From the NCBI GenBank assembly GCA_048937405.1, contig JBHLNF010000003.1, forward strand, positions 224,001 to 288,000: a DNA stretch of 64,000 nt. Reading direction: 5' to 3'. Below, one piece after another: positions 29,300 to 38,453 of this stretch. Under the pieces are notes generated by a model. That model made no database searches, was not told the DNA's origin, and saw only the letters and a list, made by a program, of their open reading frames with translations. The translations under genes were made by a program, and so were the position numbers. The first letter of the stretch is position 1, and each line of letters opens with the position of its first letter. The stretch comes from Promethearchaeota archaeon (GTDB taxonomy: Archaea; Asgardarchaeota; Lokiarchaeia; Sigyniarchaeales; SOKP01).

Positions 29300-30307
29300 A
29301 TGGCAAAAAGAGTTGCAATCAACGGTTTTGGGCGTATAGGACGTCTATTTTTCCGAGCTGTTTATGATAATTTCTGGAATGATATTGATATTGTGTCAAT
29401 CAACGATCTTTTTGAACCAAAATATTTGGCGTATGCGTTAAAATATGACTCTGTCTTTGGAAGATTTAAAGGAAAAGTAGAATCTACTGAAAACTCATTG
29501 ATAATTGATGGTAAGAACATACCAATAACTGCTGAGAGAGATCCTGCAGCTTTACCACATGCTAGCAATAATATTGATGTTGCTGTTGAATCTACTGGTC
29601 GATTCGTAAATAGAGAAGGAGCTAGTAAGCATTTAACTGCTGGGGCAAAAAGAGTTTTAATTAGTGCTCCCGCAACAGATCCAGATATTACTGTTGTTCT
29701 TGGATGTAATGATGATAAATTAACAAGTGATCATAAAATTATTTCAAATGCATCTTGTACGACTAATTGTTTAGCTCCCGTAGTAAAAGTTTTACAAGAA
29801 TCTGTAAAAATTAAGTACGGTATAATGACTACAATCCATTCGTATACTAATGATCAATCCACAGCAGATATAGCACGTGCTGGAACTCCAGAGAAAATGA
29901 TCCGAGGAAGAGCTGCCGCAGCCAACATGATCCCAACTTCAACGGGAGCAGCTAAAGCTATTGGATTGGTTTTTCCTGAATTGCAAGGAAAATTAGATGG
30001 AATAGCAATGAGAGTTCCAACTCCAGATGGTAGTGTTGTAGATCTTAAAGCAGTAGTCGAGAATCCAATCTCAGCAGTAGAGATTAATGCAAAGATGAGA
30101 GAAGCAGCTAACGGATCCTTAAAGGGTATCTTAGATTATACCGATGATCCAATAGTAAGTAGTGATATTGTTGGAAATCCTCATAGTTCTGTCTTTAGTA
30201 GCCTCTGGACGAAAGTAATCAATGATGAAGTCTCCGTTTTATCATGGTACGATAATGAATGGGGATTTTCTAACCGTATGGCTGAATTAATCATTAAAAA
30301 GCTATAA
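29300..30307 (+). CDS. gap: type I glyceraldehyde-3-phosphate dehydrogenase
   Basis: VAINGFGRIGR, SNASCTTNCLAP, PTSTGAAKA, WYDNEWGFSNRM. Confidence 0.95.
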   Translation: MAKRVAINGFGRIGRLFFRAVYDNFWNDIDIVSINDLFEPKYLAYALKYDSVFGRFKGKVESTENSLIIDGKNIPITAERDPAALPHASNNIDVAVESTGRFVNREGASKHLTAGAKRVLISAPATDPDITVVLGCNDDKLTSDHKIISNASCTTNCLAPVVKVLQESVKIKYGIMTTIHSYTNDQSTADIARAGTPEKMIRGRAAAANMIPTSTGAAKAIGLVFPELQGKLDGIAMRVPTPDGSVVDLKAVVENPISAVEINAKMREAANGSLKGILDYTDDPIVSSDIVGNPHSSVFSSLWTKVINDEVSVLSWYDNEWGFSNRMAELIIKKL

Positions 30308-30459
30308 ATATCTAACTTTTTTAATTCCTTTTTTTATTTTTCGCATTAAAATTAGATTAGAAATAGTTCAAGAAAATCTAAACTTTCTTAATCCAACCTA
30401 AGTTCTTAAAAAATTTTACAATTAAATTTTAAAGTGTTTATATTAAAAAAAAATTGAAT

Positions 30460-31170
30460 TTAAATTTTAATTCTTAACTCTTTTTGCTTTCTCATAAGAA
30501 TAATCAATGAGATAATAGTTATTATAGGAAAAACTAAGAAGATTTCGAAACTTGGAATTCCATTTCCTTCTCCAGATTGAGAGGTAAACATATTTGTGTC
30601 TGTTAATGTAAAAATGAGGGGATTACCTACAGGTCTTTGGAATGTACCATTAATAAGTAGTCCAGTACTCCGTTCATACCAAACTTGAGTTGAATAAATC
30701 ATATCTTCTAAAACCCATATATCTAAACTTCCGAATCCTGGATAATTCACTGTTAATTCGTCAGTAACGTTAAAAGTACGATCGGAGGAACCAACAATTA
30801 CAATTGGTATTAAATCCCCGATAGAAACATCTGTGAATATCCATATTACTGAATGATTCCCATCCCCAAATGCTAATGTGTTAGAATTTGAAATTAGTCG
30901 AGTTTGTATATTTTCAAACCAAGATACCATAGCATCATATTCAGGAACCCTCAGAGTAACATTATATAAATCACCTGAATAATGAGCGTAACTATAATCG
31001 TGACTATAGGTTAATCCAAAGTCATATGTATAATTAGCATACAATCCATCAAAAATTTTTCCTTGAGATGTTCTAAGATTACCTTGTTCTCCAAAACTAT
31101 ATGAAGAAAAAGTCATAAATAGTGAAAAACTTAAAAAAATTATTAAAAAAAATGTTTTTTTCGATTGCAT
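30460..31170 (-). CDS. secreted/surface protein with a C-terminal membrane anchor (PGF/Loki-CTERM-like)
   Basis: N-terminal signal; several N-x-T sequons; ends GIPSFEIFLVFPIITIISLIILM-RKQK. Confidence 0.65.
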   Translation of the reverse strand: MQSKKTFFLIIFLSFSLFMTFSSYSFGEQGNLRTSQGKIFDGLYANYTYDFGLTYSHDYSYAHYSGDLYNVTLRVPEYDAMVSWFENIQTRLISNSNTLAFGDGNHSVIWIFTDVSIGDLIPIVIVGSSDRTFNVTDELTVNYPGFGSLDIWVLEDMIYSTQVWYERSTGLLINGTFQRPVGNPLIFTLTDTNMFTSQSGEGNGIPSFEIFLVFPIITIISLIILMRKQKELRIKI

Positions 31171-31455
31171 GATTTTTAGATTTCTAAAAAAATTTTATTA
31201 GTTTTATATAAGATTTTCACTTTTAAAAAGACTTCATTTTATTAAAAAGGATTTTACTAAAATTTATTTAGAATAAATTGAACGTGAGAAAATAAATTTC
31301 TGATATAAAGCATGTATTTTGATAAGAAATTTCTAACTCAATTCATAAATTAGATTGTATTTATACTTTGTAATTGATATTAAAATTTAATTAAAGCAAT
31401 AATAAAATCAATAAAAGAATAATACTTTTAAAGCTCTCTAAATAATAATTAAAAC

Positions 31456-32388
31456 ATGGACCTTAGCGCAGGAAAACCTATTGAAATATCAGATAAGAGT
31501 CTTTTCGATAAATATTTTCAAAAATTTCCACCAGACATCTCTGAATTTACTTTCACTAACCTTTTCATGTGGAGGAATTATTATAATTTCTCATTTATCG
31601 TATTTAAGGAACATTTAATCCTATTTTCTTATGATTATTTGAAGAATAGAAGAAAGCCTATTAATACAGACTCAAAAGATTATCTTTATTTTTTTCCTCC
31701 GATTGGTCCAAATCCTGATAAAATCATTCTTGAATTATTTGAAAATCTTGGGAATGTAGAGGTTCATAGGGTTCCAGAAGACATCTGTGAAAAACTAAAG
31801 GAAAGTAAGAAATTTGCCAAATTAAATTTAAAATATCTTGAAGATCGCAATAATTGGGATTATGTACATGATAAAGAAGAAATATTGAATTTAGCGGGAA
31901 ATAAGTATCGGCAAAATAGAAGATGGTTACAGAAATTCAAAAATACCTACAATTACGATTTCCAATTATTATCAGTAGATCTCATTGAAAAATGTAAAGA
32001 ATTGCAGCTTGAATGGTGTATCATGCGAGCATGTACAGAAGATGAAAGTTTAGATGCTGAACAAGATGCTATCTATGAAGCCTTAAATAATTTTGATGCT
32101 CTTGGATTTAGTGGAGGTATACTATGTGTAAACGATAAATGTGCTGCTTATACTTTTGGTGAAAAGCTTAATGAAAAAGTTTTAGTGATTCATATTGAAA
32201 AGGCTCATATGGAATATGACGGGGCTTATCAAGCAATTAACAATTTTTTCTTAAAAAATAGTTATGAAGAGGCAGTTTATGTTAATAGAGAACAAGATTT
32301 AGGTATAGAGGGGTTAAGAAGAGCGAAAGAGTCCTATAAACCTATTCATATGATTAAAAAAAGTATTATTTACAGAAAAAAAATGTAA
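31456..32388 (+). CDS. DUF2156 / aminoacyl-phosphatidylglycerol synthase C-terminal-like protein
   Basis: SEFTFTNLFMW, IHIEKA, VNREQDLGIEGLRRAKESYKP. Confidence 0.85.
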   Translation: MDLSAGKPIEISDKSLFDKYFQKFPPDISEFTFTNLFMWRNYYNFSFIVFKEHLILFSYDYLKNRRKPINTDSKDYLYFFPPIGPNPDKIILELFENLGNVEVHRVPEDICEKLKESKKFAKLNLKYLEDRNNWDYVHDKEEILNLAGNKYRQNRRWLQKFKNTYNYDFQLLSVDLIEKCKELQLEWCIMRACTEDESLDAEQDAIYEALNNFDALGFSGGILCVNDKCAAYTFGEKLNEKVLVIHIEKAHMEYDGAYQAINNFFLKNSYEEAVYVNREQDLGIEGLRRAKESYKPIHMIKKSIIYRKKM

Positions 32389-32507
32389 AATAACCCTTAA
32401 TAAATTCTTTATAGGATATTTATTCAATGTTATATTATGTATTCTTATAAGTTTAAATCTTTTATATTCTGGAAGAGGAATCTTAAGAAGTTTAAAGGGA
32501 TTTAACT

Positions 32508-32918
32508 GTGGTCAAAGCTATTCGAGATTTATGGATTCAAAGATTAGATGGAATTGTTATATTTAGTAGAGTTTTTCATCAAAAAATAGAAGATCAACTA
32601 TTTGGAGCCCTCTTAAGCGCTCTTAATTCATTTACTCAGGAGATAGCTGATGGAGAATTGACCAATTTTGAGATAAAAAATATTCGCTTTACAATTATCA
32701 AAAGAGAAAACCTTTTCTTTATAGCAAATTCCTCAAAAAAACATAAAGAAAAGAAAATTTTAGCAGAATTGGAGACTATTGCTAAGAGATTCTTAGAACA
32801 ATATCCTGAAACAAAAAATCATAATTGGAATGGATGTATTGATGAATATAAAAACTTCGAAAGTAAAATCACGGATACTTTAGAAGATCCAGTTAAAAAA
32901 TTCTGGGATGATTTTTAA
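32508..32918 (+). CDS. stand-alone longin/roadblock-like domain protein
   Basis: LWIQRLDGIVIFSR...DQLFGALLSALNSFTQEI...F..F pattern typical of Asgard longin-like proteins. Confidence 0.65.
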   Translation: MVKAIRDLWIQRLDGIVIFSRVFHQKIEDQLFGALLSALNSFTQEIADGELTNFEIKNIRFTIIKRENLFFIANSSKKHKEKKILAELETIAKRFLEQYPETKNHNWNGCIDEYKNFESKITDTLEDPVKKFWDDF

Positions 32919-33065
32919 GAATTAATCTAAATCACAGAAATACTTATTTGATTGGTTTACTTCTTTCAAAAATAAGAAAGGGAAAATATTGGATTTATAA
33001 ATGTTTACATTAATATATGTGAAATTACTTATAATACTAAAAAATCGAATAATATGTGAAAATTT

Positions 33066-34724
33066 ATGTCAGATGAGGGTTCACAAGAAGAAAAACCAGT
33101 GGGGAGATTAACAGGAAAGACTACAACTCATACAGTTACAGCGGTACTTGAGGGTCCTTCGGTTGAAAGGAATAATTATTTAGTGCTTTATGGGGAAAAA
33201 GATGAAGAAGGGAAAAGGCAATATTATGTATTTTATATTACCGAAATGTGGACAGATGAAAAGGGGCGTATGGCAAAATTGGGAGTACTTGGAGAAAGAC
33301 CAACAAGGCCTTTTGAGATTGGAGCAGATATTTTTATGGCAAAAGAAGAGCAAATTTCAAAAATCTTAGGAATCTTTAATCCCCCAGAAGAATCCCTCTC
33401 CTTAGGAAAGCTAATTGGTTATCCATATGAAGTATATCTATTGATTAAAAATTTTGGCAGAATCTTCATTACTGGAAAATCTGGTTCGGGTAAATCTTAT
33501 ACAATGGGAGTATTATGTGAGGAATTTCTTAAAAAGGGAATTCCTTTAGTTATATTAGATAGACATGGAGAATATGGCTCATTAAAAGTTGCTGGTGAGG
33601 ATTTACCAGAGGGAGAGAGTGAATTTGTTGATAGAATAATAGAATTTTCTGATTTAAAGAAGAATAAGGGTGGAGATGTTGATATTGAATATTTATTTTC
33701 ATTAAAACCTTCGGATATTGTTGCACCTAATCTATGTTGTGTAGTAAATTTAAATGGTATGGCTTTAGAAGTTCAAGAAGCTATAGCAGGAAAATTGTTA
33801 AAGAAGTTATATGATGCAAGTACAACAAGAGGAATTCCTCCTTTCTACTTATTTCTAGATGAAGCCCACTTATTTGCTGGAAAGAAACAAACAGAAACTT
33901 GCGAAGTTGTAAAACTATTTGCTCAAGAAGGTAGAAAATTTGGAGCAAATATAGTTATAGGTACACAACGTCCTCAACTATTAGATACAACAATCAGAGC
34001 TCAAGCAGGAACCTGGGTTGTTCATAATCTTTCTGATATAAGGGATATTGGGATTACAATTTCAAGCGCAGAAGATTTAAGTAATGAAAATAAATCAGAT
34101 ATTTCAGGATTAGACAAAGGACAGGCTATAATCTGTGGAGAAGCTGTTAAAGGAATTCCTTTATTTGTAAAAATTAGAAAGAGAAGAACAAAGCATGGTG
34201 GGGTAAGTTTTAATCCTTTAGATTTTCTCTCAGAAAATACAGTTGAGGAACTTCAAAAACGTAAGGAACGTCTTTTGGGTGGAAAATCTGCCGATGAACT
34301 AGAAACTGGAAAGTCTATGTTTGAAGAGATGTTGGAACCAAAGAAGGCAACCGATTATTTAGATGAGATTGCGGCTCTTAAAGTAAGAATTCAAGAATTA
34401 GAGGATGAGGTCTCACGTCTTAAAGAAAAAGTAGCAAATGTTAAAGAAGGAAAAGATATTCCGCTTATAGCTACAGATGAAACAATAGAAGAATTGCAAA
34501 CTGAAATAAACGTATGGAAAGAGAAATACAATTTCTTGAAAGAAATGGCGGAAAAAGGCGGAGATGACATGATTCCATTAGATGAAGATAGTGAACAATT
34601 ATTAGATTTGAATAATCGAATTATCGAACTTGAAGCACAAGTTAAAAAATATAAATCAAGATCAGATGATGCTTTGATACTAGCAGAAAAATCTATAGCT
34701 GAACTTAAGAAGCGGAAGAAATAA
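33066..34724 (+). CDS. HerA/FtsK-like ATPase (DUF87) with a C-terminal coiled coil
   Basis: ITGKSGSGKS, ILDRHGEY, LFLDEAH, QEGRKFG, TQRPQ; heptad-rich last 130 aa or so. Confidence 0.85.
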   Translation: MSDEGSQEEKPVGRLTGKTTTHTVTAVLEGPSVERNNYLVLYGEKDEEGKRQYYVFYITEMWTDEKGRMAKLGVLGERPTRPFEIGADIFMAKEEQISKILGIFNPPEESLSLGKLIGYPYEVYLLIKNFGRIFITGKSGSGKSYTMGVLCEEFLKKGIPLVILDRHGEYGSLKVAGEDLPEGESEFVDRIIEFSDLKKNKGGDVDIEYLFSLKPSDIVAPNLCCVVNLNGMALEVQEAIAGKLLKKLYDASTTRGIPPFYLFLDEAHLFAGKKQTETCEVVKLFAQEGRKFGANIVIGTQRPQLLDTTIRAQAGTWVVHNLSDIRDIGITISSAEDLSNENKSDISGLDKGQAIICGEAVKGIPLFVKIRKRRTKHGGVSFNPLDFLSENTVEELQKRKERLLGGKSADELETGKSMFEEMLEPKKATDYLDEIAALKVRIQELEDEVSRLKEKVANVKEGKDIPLIATDETIEELQTEINVWKEKYNFLKEMAEKGGDDMIPLDEDSEQLLDLNNRIIELEAQVKKYKSRSDDALILAEKSIAELKKRKK

Positions 34725-34922
34725 TAAAAAATCTAATTAATTTAAGATGTTGAATATGTTCTATCTTTTTTCAATTTTTTAAAAATCTTCGATTTGTTTG
34801 ATTAGGATTATTTGAGAATTAACAGTTGACATTCCGCAATAATCATAATAAAACTTTATAATCACCATAAAAATATTAAATAATTCTAAACTATTCTAAG
34901 GAATTCTGCAAAAATTAAGTTA

Positions 34923-36371
34923 TTATTTGATGAATATATCTTTTTCCTCAATATCCATTATTTCTTTCTCAGTGAATTTCTTTTCTAATTTAATTCGACT
35001 TAGAAAGAATAAGCTTATTAAGTAGAAAAGTCCCATTGACGCCATCGTGAGAGTAATTATAATTGGATTTTTTTCGTTGTTTCCTGTAAGAACTATTCCT
35101 ATTGATAGTGAGGCGAGTGCTTGACCGATTGCCATAATAAAAGCAGCCAGACCAAAATACCCTCCAGAAATTCTTGAAACAGATTCCTCAAAATCAGATT
35201 CTACTTCCCTATCAGCAGCTTCATATACTAAAACGCTTGCTAAAGGGGGATTAAATAATCCCGCGCCATACATAGAACCTAAAATTGTACCCATAGAACA
35301 AATGAATAATACAGTAACAAATTCAAAAGATAATCCTTTAACTAAAAATATTAATTCCATAAAAGAAGCAATCACTAAGGCTAATATACATATTTTAAAA
35401 GTTTTAAGGATTGAATTCTTTTTAAGTAATTTCCGCCAGATATAAAATCCAATAAATTTACTTGAAAATGAAACAATAACATAAATGTAGAATTTAGGTC
35501 CTGTAAACAGGAGAACATAAGTTAGAAAAGGAATCACTAAAGCACCTAAAATTCTACCTGATATCCCATTGAAGAACCTTACACCTAAATATTTTTTGAA
35601 TTTTTTATCACTAAAGGGTGCTCGCATTTGTGTTAAATAATCCCGAACACTAATTCGACTACTTGAAATTTCTAGATTTGAAGAGTTATGAAAACTCTCG
35701 TCGACGGAAAAAAAAGTTATAATAATTGTTATTAATCCAAAAATTGTAAAAATTATTCCTACCCATGGGATAATAGCAAGGATTATCTTTCCTGATGGTT
35801 CCCACCATTTAACATTTTTCGGTTCTGGTAATATGCTCTGCACCATTAATGGAAGCATTAGTGCTAATCCTGATGCAATTATTTGTAAAAAAGTTGTTGC
35901 AGCAGCAATTTTCTGTCTATTCTTATGAGTTTGCGATTGTTCAGTCAACATAGAAAGATGGACAGTTATAATTGATGCTCCTGTTATAGCCTTAATAATT
36001 AATATAATCCATAAAAATAAAGCAGTTGGCAAATATAAGGAATTATTTTGGGGGCATTTCCAAGGAAACCAAACAATAATGCTAGATAATGCCCATAAAG
36101 GTAACCCATACAAAAGATATGGTCGACGTTTTCCATATTTTCCAGGTTTTTTATTATCGGCAAGTATTCCAAAAACTATTGAAGAAATTGCGTTAACAAT
36201 AAGCTGGAAGAAGACTCCTGCCGAAGTTAGGAATGAATCTAAATTAACGGTATAAACATAAAATTGAAATATAAAAGTACCTACCAACATGTTTGCCATA
36301 ATAATACCGAAGTTACCTATGATATATCCTATCAGCGGTTTTCCATGTAATTCTCTTGGGACCTCTACCAT
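34923..36371 (-). CDS. MFS transporter, GPH/MelB-like
   Basis: About 12 hydrophobic segments; GILADNKKPGKYGKRRPYLL. Confidence 0.85.
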   Translation of the reverse strand: MVEVPRELHGKPLIGYIIGNFGIIMANMLVGTFIFQFYVYTVNLDSFLTSAGVFFQLIVNAISSIVFGILADNKKPGKYGKRRPYLLYGLPLWALSSIIVWFPWKCPQNNSLYLPTALFLWIILIIKAITGASIITVHLSMLTEQSQTHKNRQKIAAATTFLQIIASGLALMLPLMVQSILPEPKNVKWWEPSGKIILAIIPWVGIIFTIFGLITIIITFFSVDESFHNSSNLEISSSRISVRDYLTQMRAPFSDKKFKKYLGVRFFNGISGRILGALVIPFLTYVLLFTGPKFYIYVIVSFSSKFIGFYIWRKLLKKNSILKTFKICILALVIASFMELIFLVKGLSFEFVTVLFICSMGTILGSMYGAGLFNPPLASVLVYEAADREVESDFEESVSRISGGYFGLAAFIMAIGQALASLSIGIVLTGNNEKNPIIITLTMASMGLFYLISLFFLSRIKLEKKFTEKEIMDIEEKDIFIK

Positions 36372-36664
36372 ATCAATATAAAGTGTATATTAATAATTAA
36401 CTTTTCGATTTCGCAAAGAATAAATTAAATTAGTAGAAATTTTTAAAGAAATTTCTAATCTTCTTTTTTATCTCTTGTCATTTCTAAACTTTTTTTCATT
36501 ACAATTCTATAACTGATAAATCGGGTTATAGAATTTAAGTGTATAATTTTAATTTAAGTATTTTTACTAATATAATTTGAATTTCCTTTTCTTTGTTTTA
36601 TTTAACTTAATGTATTATTTGCAATTAAAAATTTTAAATTAGATTAAGTCTTATTTTTGTAGTA

Positions 36665-37705
36665 ATGAGTCAAAACCAGATATTGTGTGTTACTTACTTT
36701 GATCAAGTAATTGGCCCTAGTTTTCTTTATTCCAGTGAACCGTTAATTGAATCCATTGATATTCCCGATATTAATAGGATCCTTGAATTTAATGAAGAAG
36801 AAGGGACATTCATTTTTGCATATAGAAAATATCAAACGGTAAATCATATTTTTTATATAGATTCTGATTTAGCACGAGGAGGAAGAGAATTAATGATGAT
36901 TTCATATATGATCAAGACTGCTATCTTTAAAGATGAAATTGTAGATGTTTTCAAGTATTTGGACTCGAAAGGACCAATTTTGGAGGATTTTGCCTTGGAG
37001 GTTAAAAATATAAAAGATCTAACCTCCTTCTTACATGAGAAGAAGAGTGGGTTGACTGGTGATTTTTTGCTAGAACTCGCTAATAATAATTTAAAGAGCA
37101 TATTTTTGGAAATTTTTAATAAATACTTTGCAAAATTAGCTCCTAAATACCGATTAGAAACCCCAATTAAAGATAGACGTCTGATCAAGAAAATATTTAT
37201 TGTTGGGGCTCCAAGAGTAGGAAAGACTACATTTTTGAAAAATATTGAATTAATTCAATTTTTGAATATAAAAAGAAATGATTTACCAAGTAGAATTTTT
37301 GAAGTAGTTGTTGAAAACATTGATATCTTAGATTATGATCCTAATTCAAGTGAGTTTGAATGTAAGGAATTTGAAAATTTAGAAAACTGTGTAAATTTCT
37401 CACAAGGTTTTATTCTCCTTTTTGATTTATCTGATAAGCATTCAGCATTAAGAACAAAAGAAATTTTTCAAATTGTCGATAATACACGATTGGAAATGCA
37501 AAGACAATTAGCACCAATTTTAATAATTGGAAATAAATTCCACAGTGAGAAAGAACTTGATCCAAAATTTATTAATGAAACCTTTGAAATTGAAAAATTA
37601 AAAGAACTTGGAGTTAAAATTAATTATATTCCCATAAATATTTTGAAAGAAGATGAAAAAATGATGAATGCTTTACGATGGCTAATAATTAATATATTAG
37701 AGTAG
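36665..37705 (+). CDS. uDENN/longin-like domain fused to a degenerate Ras-like GTPase
   Basis: N-terminal CVTYFDQVIGP; P-loop GAPRVGKTT; GFILLFDLSD; ILIIGNKFH. Confidence 0.68.
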   Translation: MSQNQILCVTYFDQVIGPSFLYSSEPLIESIDIPDINRILEFNEEEGTFIFAYRKYQTVNHIFYIDSDLARGGRELMMISYMIKTAIFKDEIVDVFKYLDSKGPILEDFALEVKNIKDLTSFLHEKKSGLTGDFLLELANNNLKSIFLEIFNKYFAKLAPKYRLETPIKDRRLIKKIFIVGAPRVGKTTFLKNIELIQFLNIKRNDLPSRIFEVVVENIDILDYDPNSSEFECKEFENLENCVNFSQGFILLFDLSDKHSALRTKEIFQIVDNTRLEMQRQLAPILIIGNKFHSEKELDPKFINETFEIEKLKELGVKINYIPINILKEDEKMMNALRWLIINILE

Positions 37706-37841
37706 TAATTATAGAAAAAAAATTCAATTTTAGACTTTTTATCAATAATATGGACATCCAACAAATCTTTTAAATTATTATAAATATATTAAATAAAAGC
37801 AATAAAGCATTCTGACTCAAATAATTTCATAAAAGATAAAG

Positions 37842-38192
37842 ATGGGAATCAAAGGTATTGGATGGGGAATAATTTTCTTAATTACTGCAGTGATCTATTC
37901 TGCAATTCCTACTTATTTAATAATAAGATTTTGGGTTTGGTTAAACGGTTTTCCGGTATATACGTTATCATTATTCATGCTATTTTTATGGATTGTAGCT
38001 ATAATTGTTGTTTTAATATACATTGTAGCGATGATAAGAGCTTTTATTCAAAGAAATAATGAAGAAGGTTTAGGTATACCAAAAGGAGTTAAAGGATTTG
38101 GATTAGTTTCAAGTATAATCGTTCTCTCATTTATGTTGATTTGGTATTTTATTTTTAACCAGATTGCTTTTTTCTCTATGATACCTACTTAA
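37842..38192 (+). CDS. small 3-TM membrane protein
   Basis: 116-aa ORF with three hydrophobic segments. Confidence 0.7.
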   Translation: MGIKGIGWGIIFLITAVIYSAIPTYLIIRFWVWLNGFPVYTLSLFMLFLWIVAIIVVLIYIVAMIRAFIQRNNEEGLGIPKGVKGFGLVSSIIVLSFMLIWYFIFNQIAFFSMIPT

Positions 38193-38218
38193 AAAATTTT
38201 AAAAGTAGAAAATATTAC

Positions 38219-38350
38219 TTAAGGATCTCTTCGATATTTACCAGATTTTTGAGTTGCTTCAATCAATGATTTTACATCCTGGATTTTTCAGCAGGGTGCA
38301 TATTAGCTACGAAGAATATCAAATCATCATCAGTAGATTTAGGCTTAATA
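38219..38350 (-). pseudogene. possible 3' remnant of a UroD/MtaA-family gene
   Basis: Two frames read LIFFVANMHPAEK / QDVKSLIEATQKSGKY, resembling that family's C-terminus; frameshifted, no start codon. Confidence 0.35.
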
Positions 38351-38453
38351 ATTACTTTAATGTAAAATTTATAAATATTCAAAGGATATATGTCTATATC
38401 CATTAAAAAATATGAATATATTAAATCCAATATAATATTCTTTGTGATTTAAA

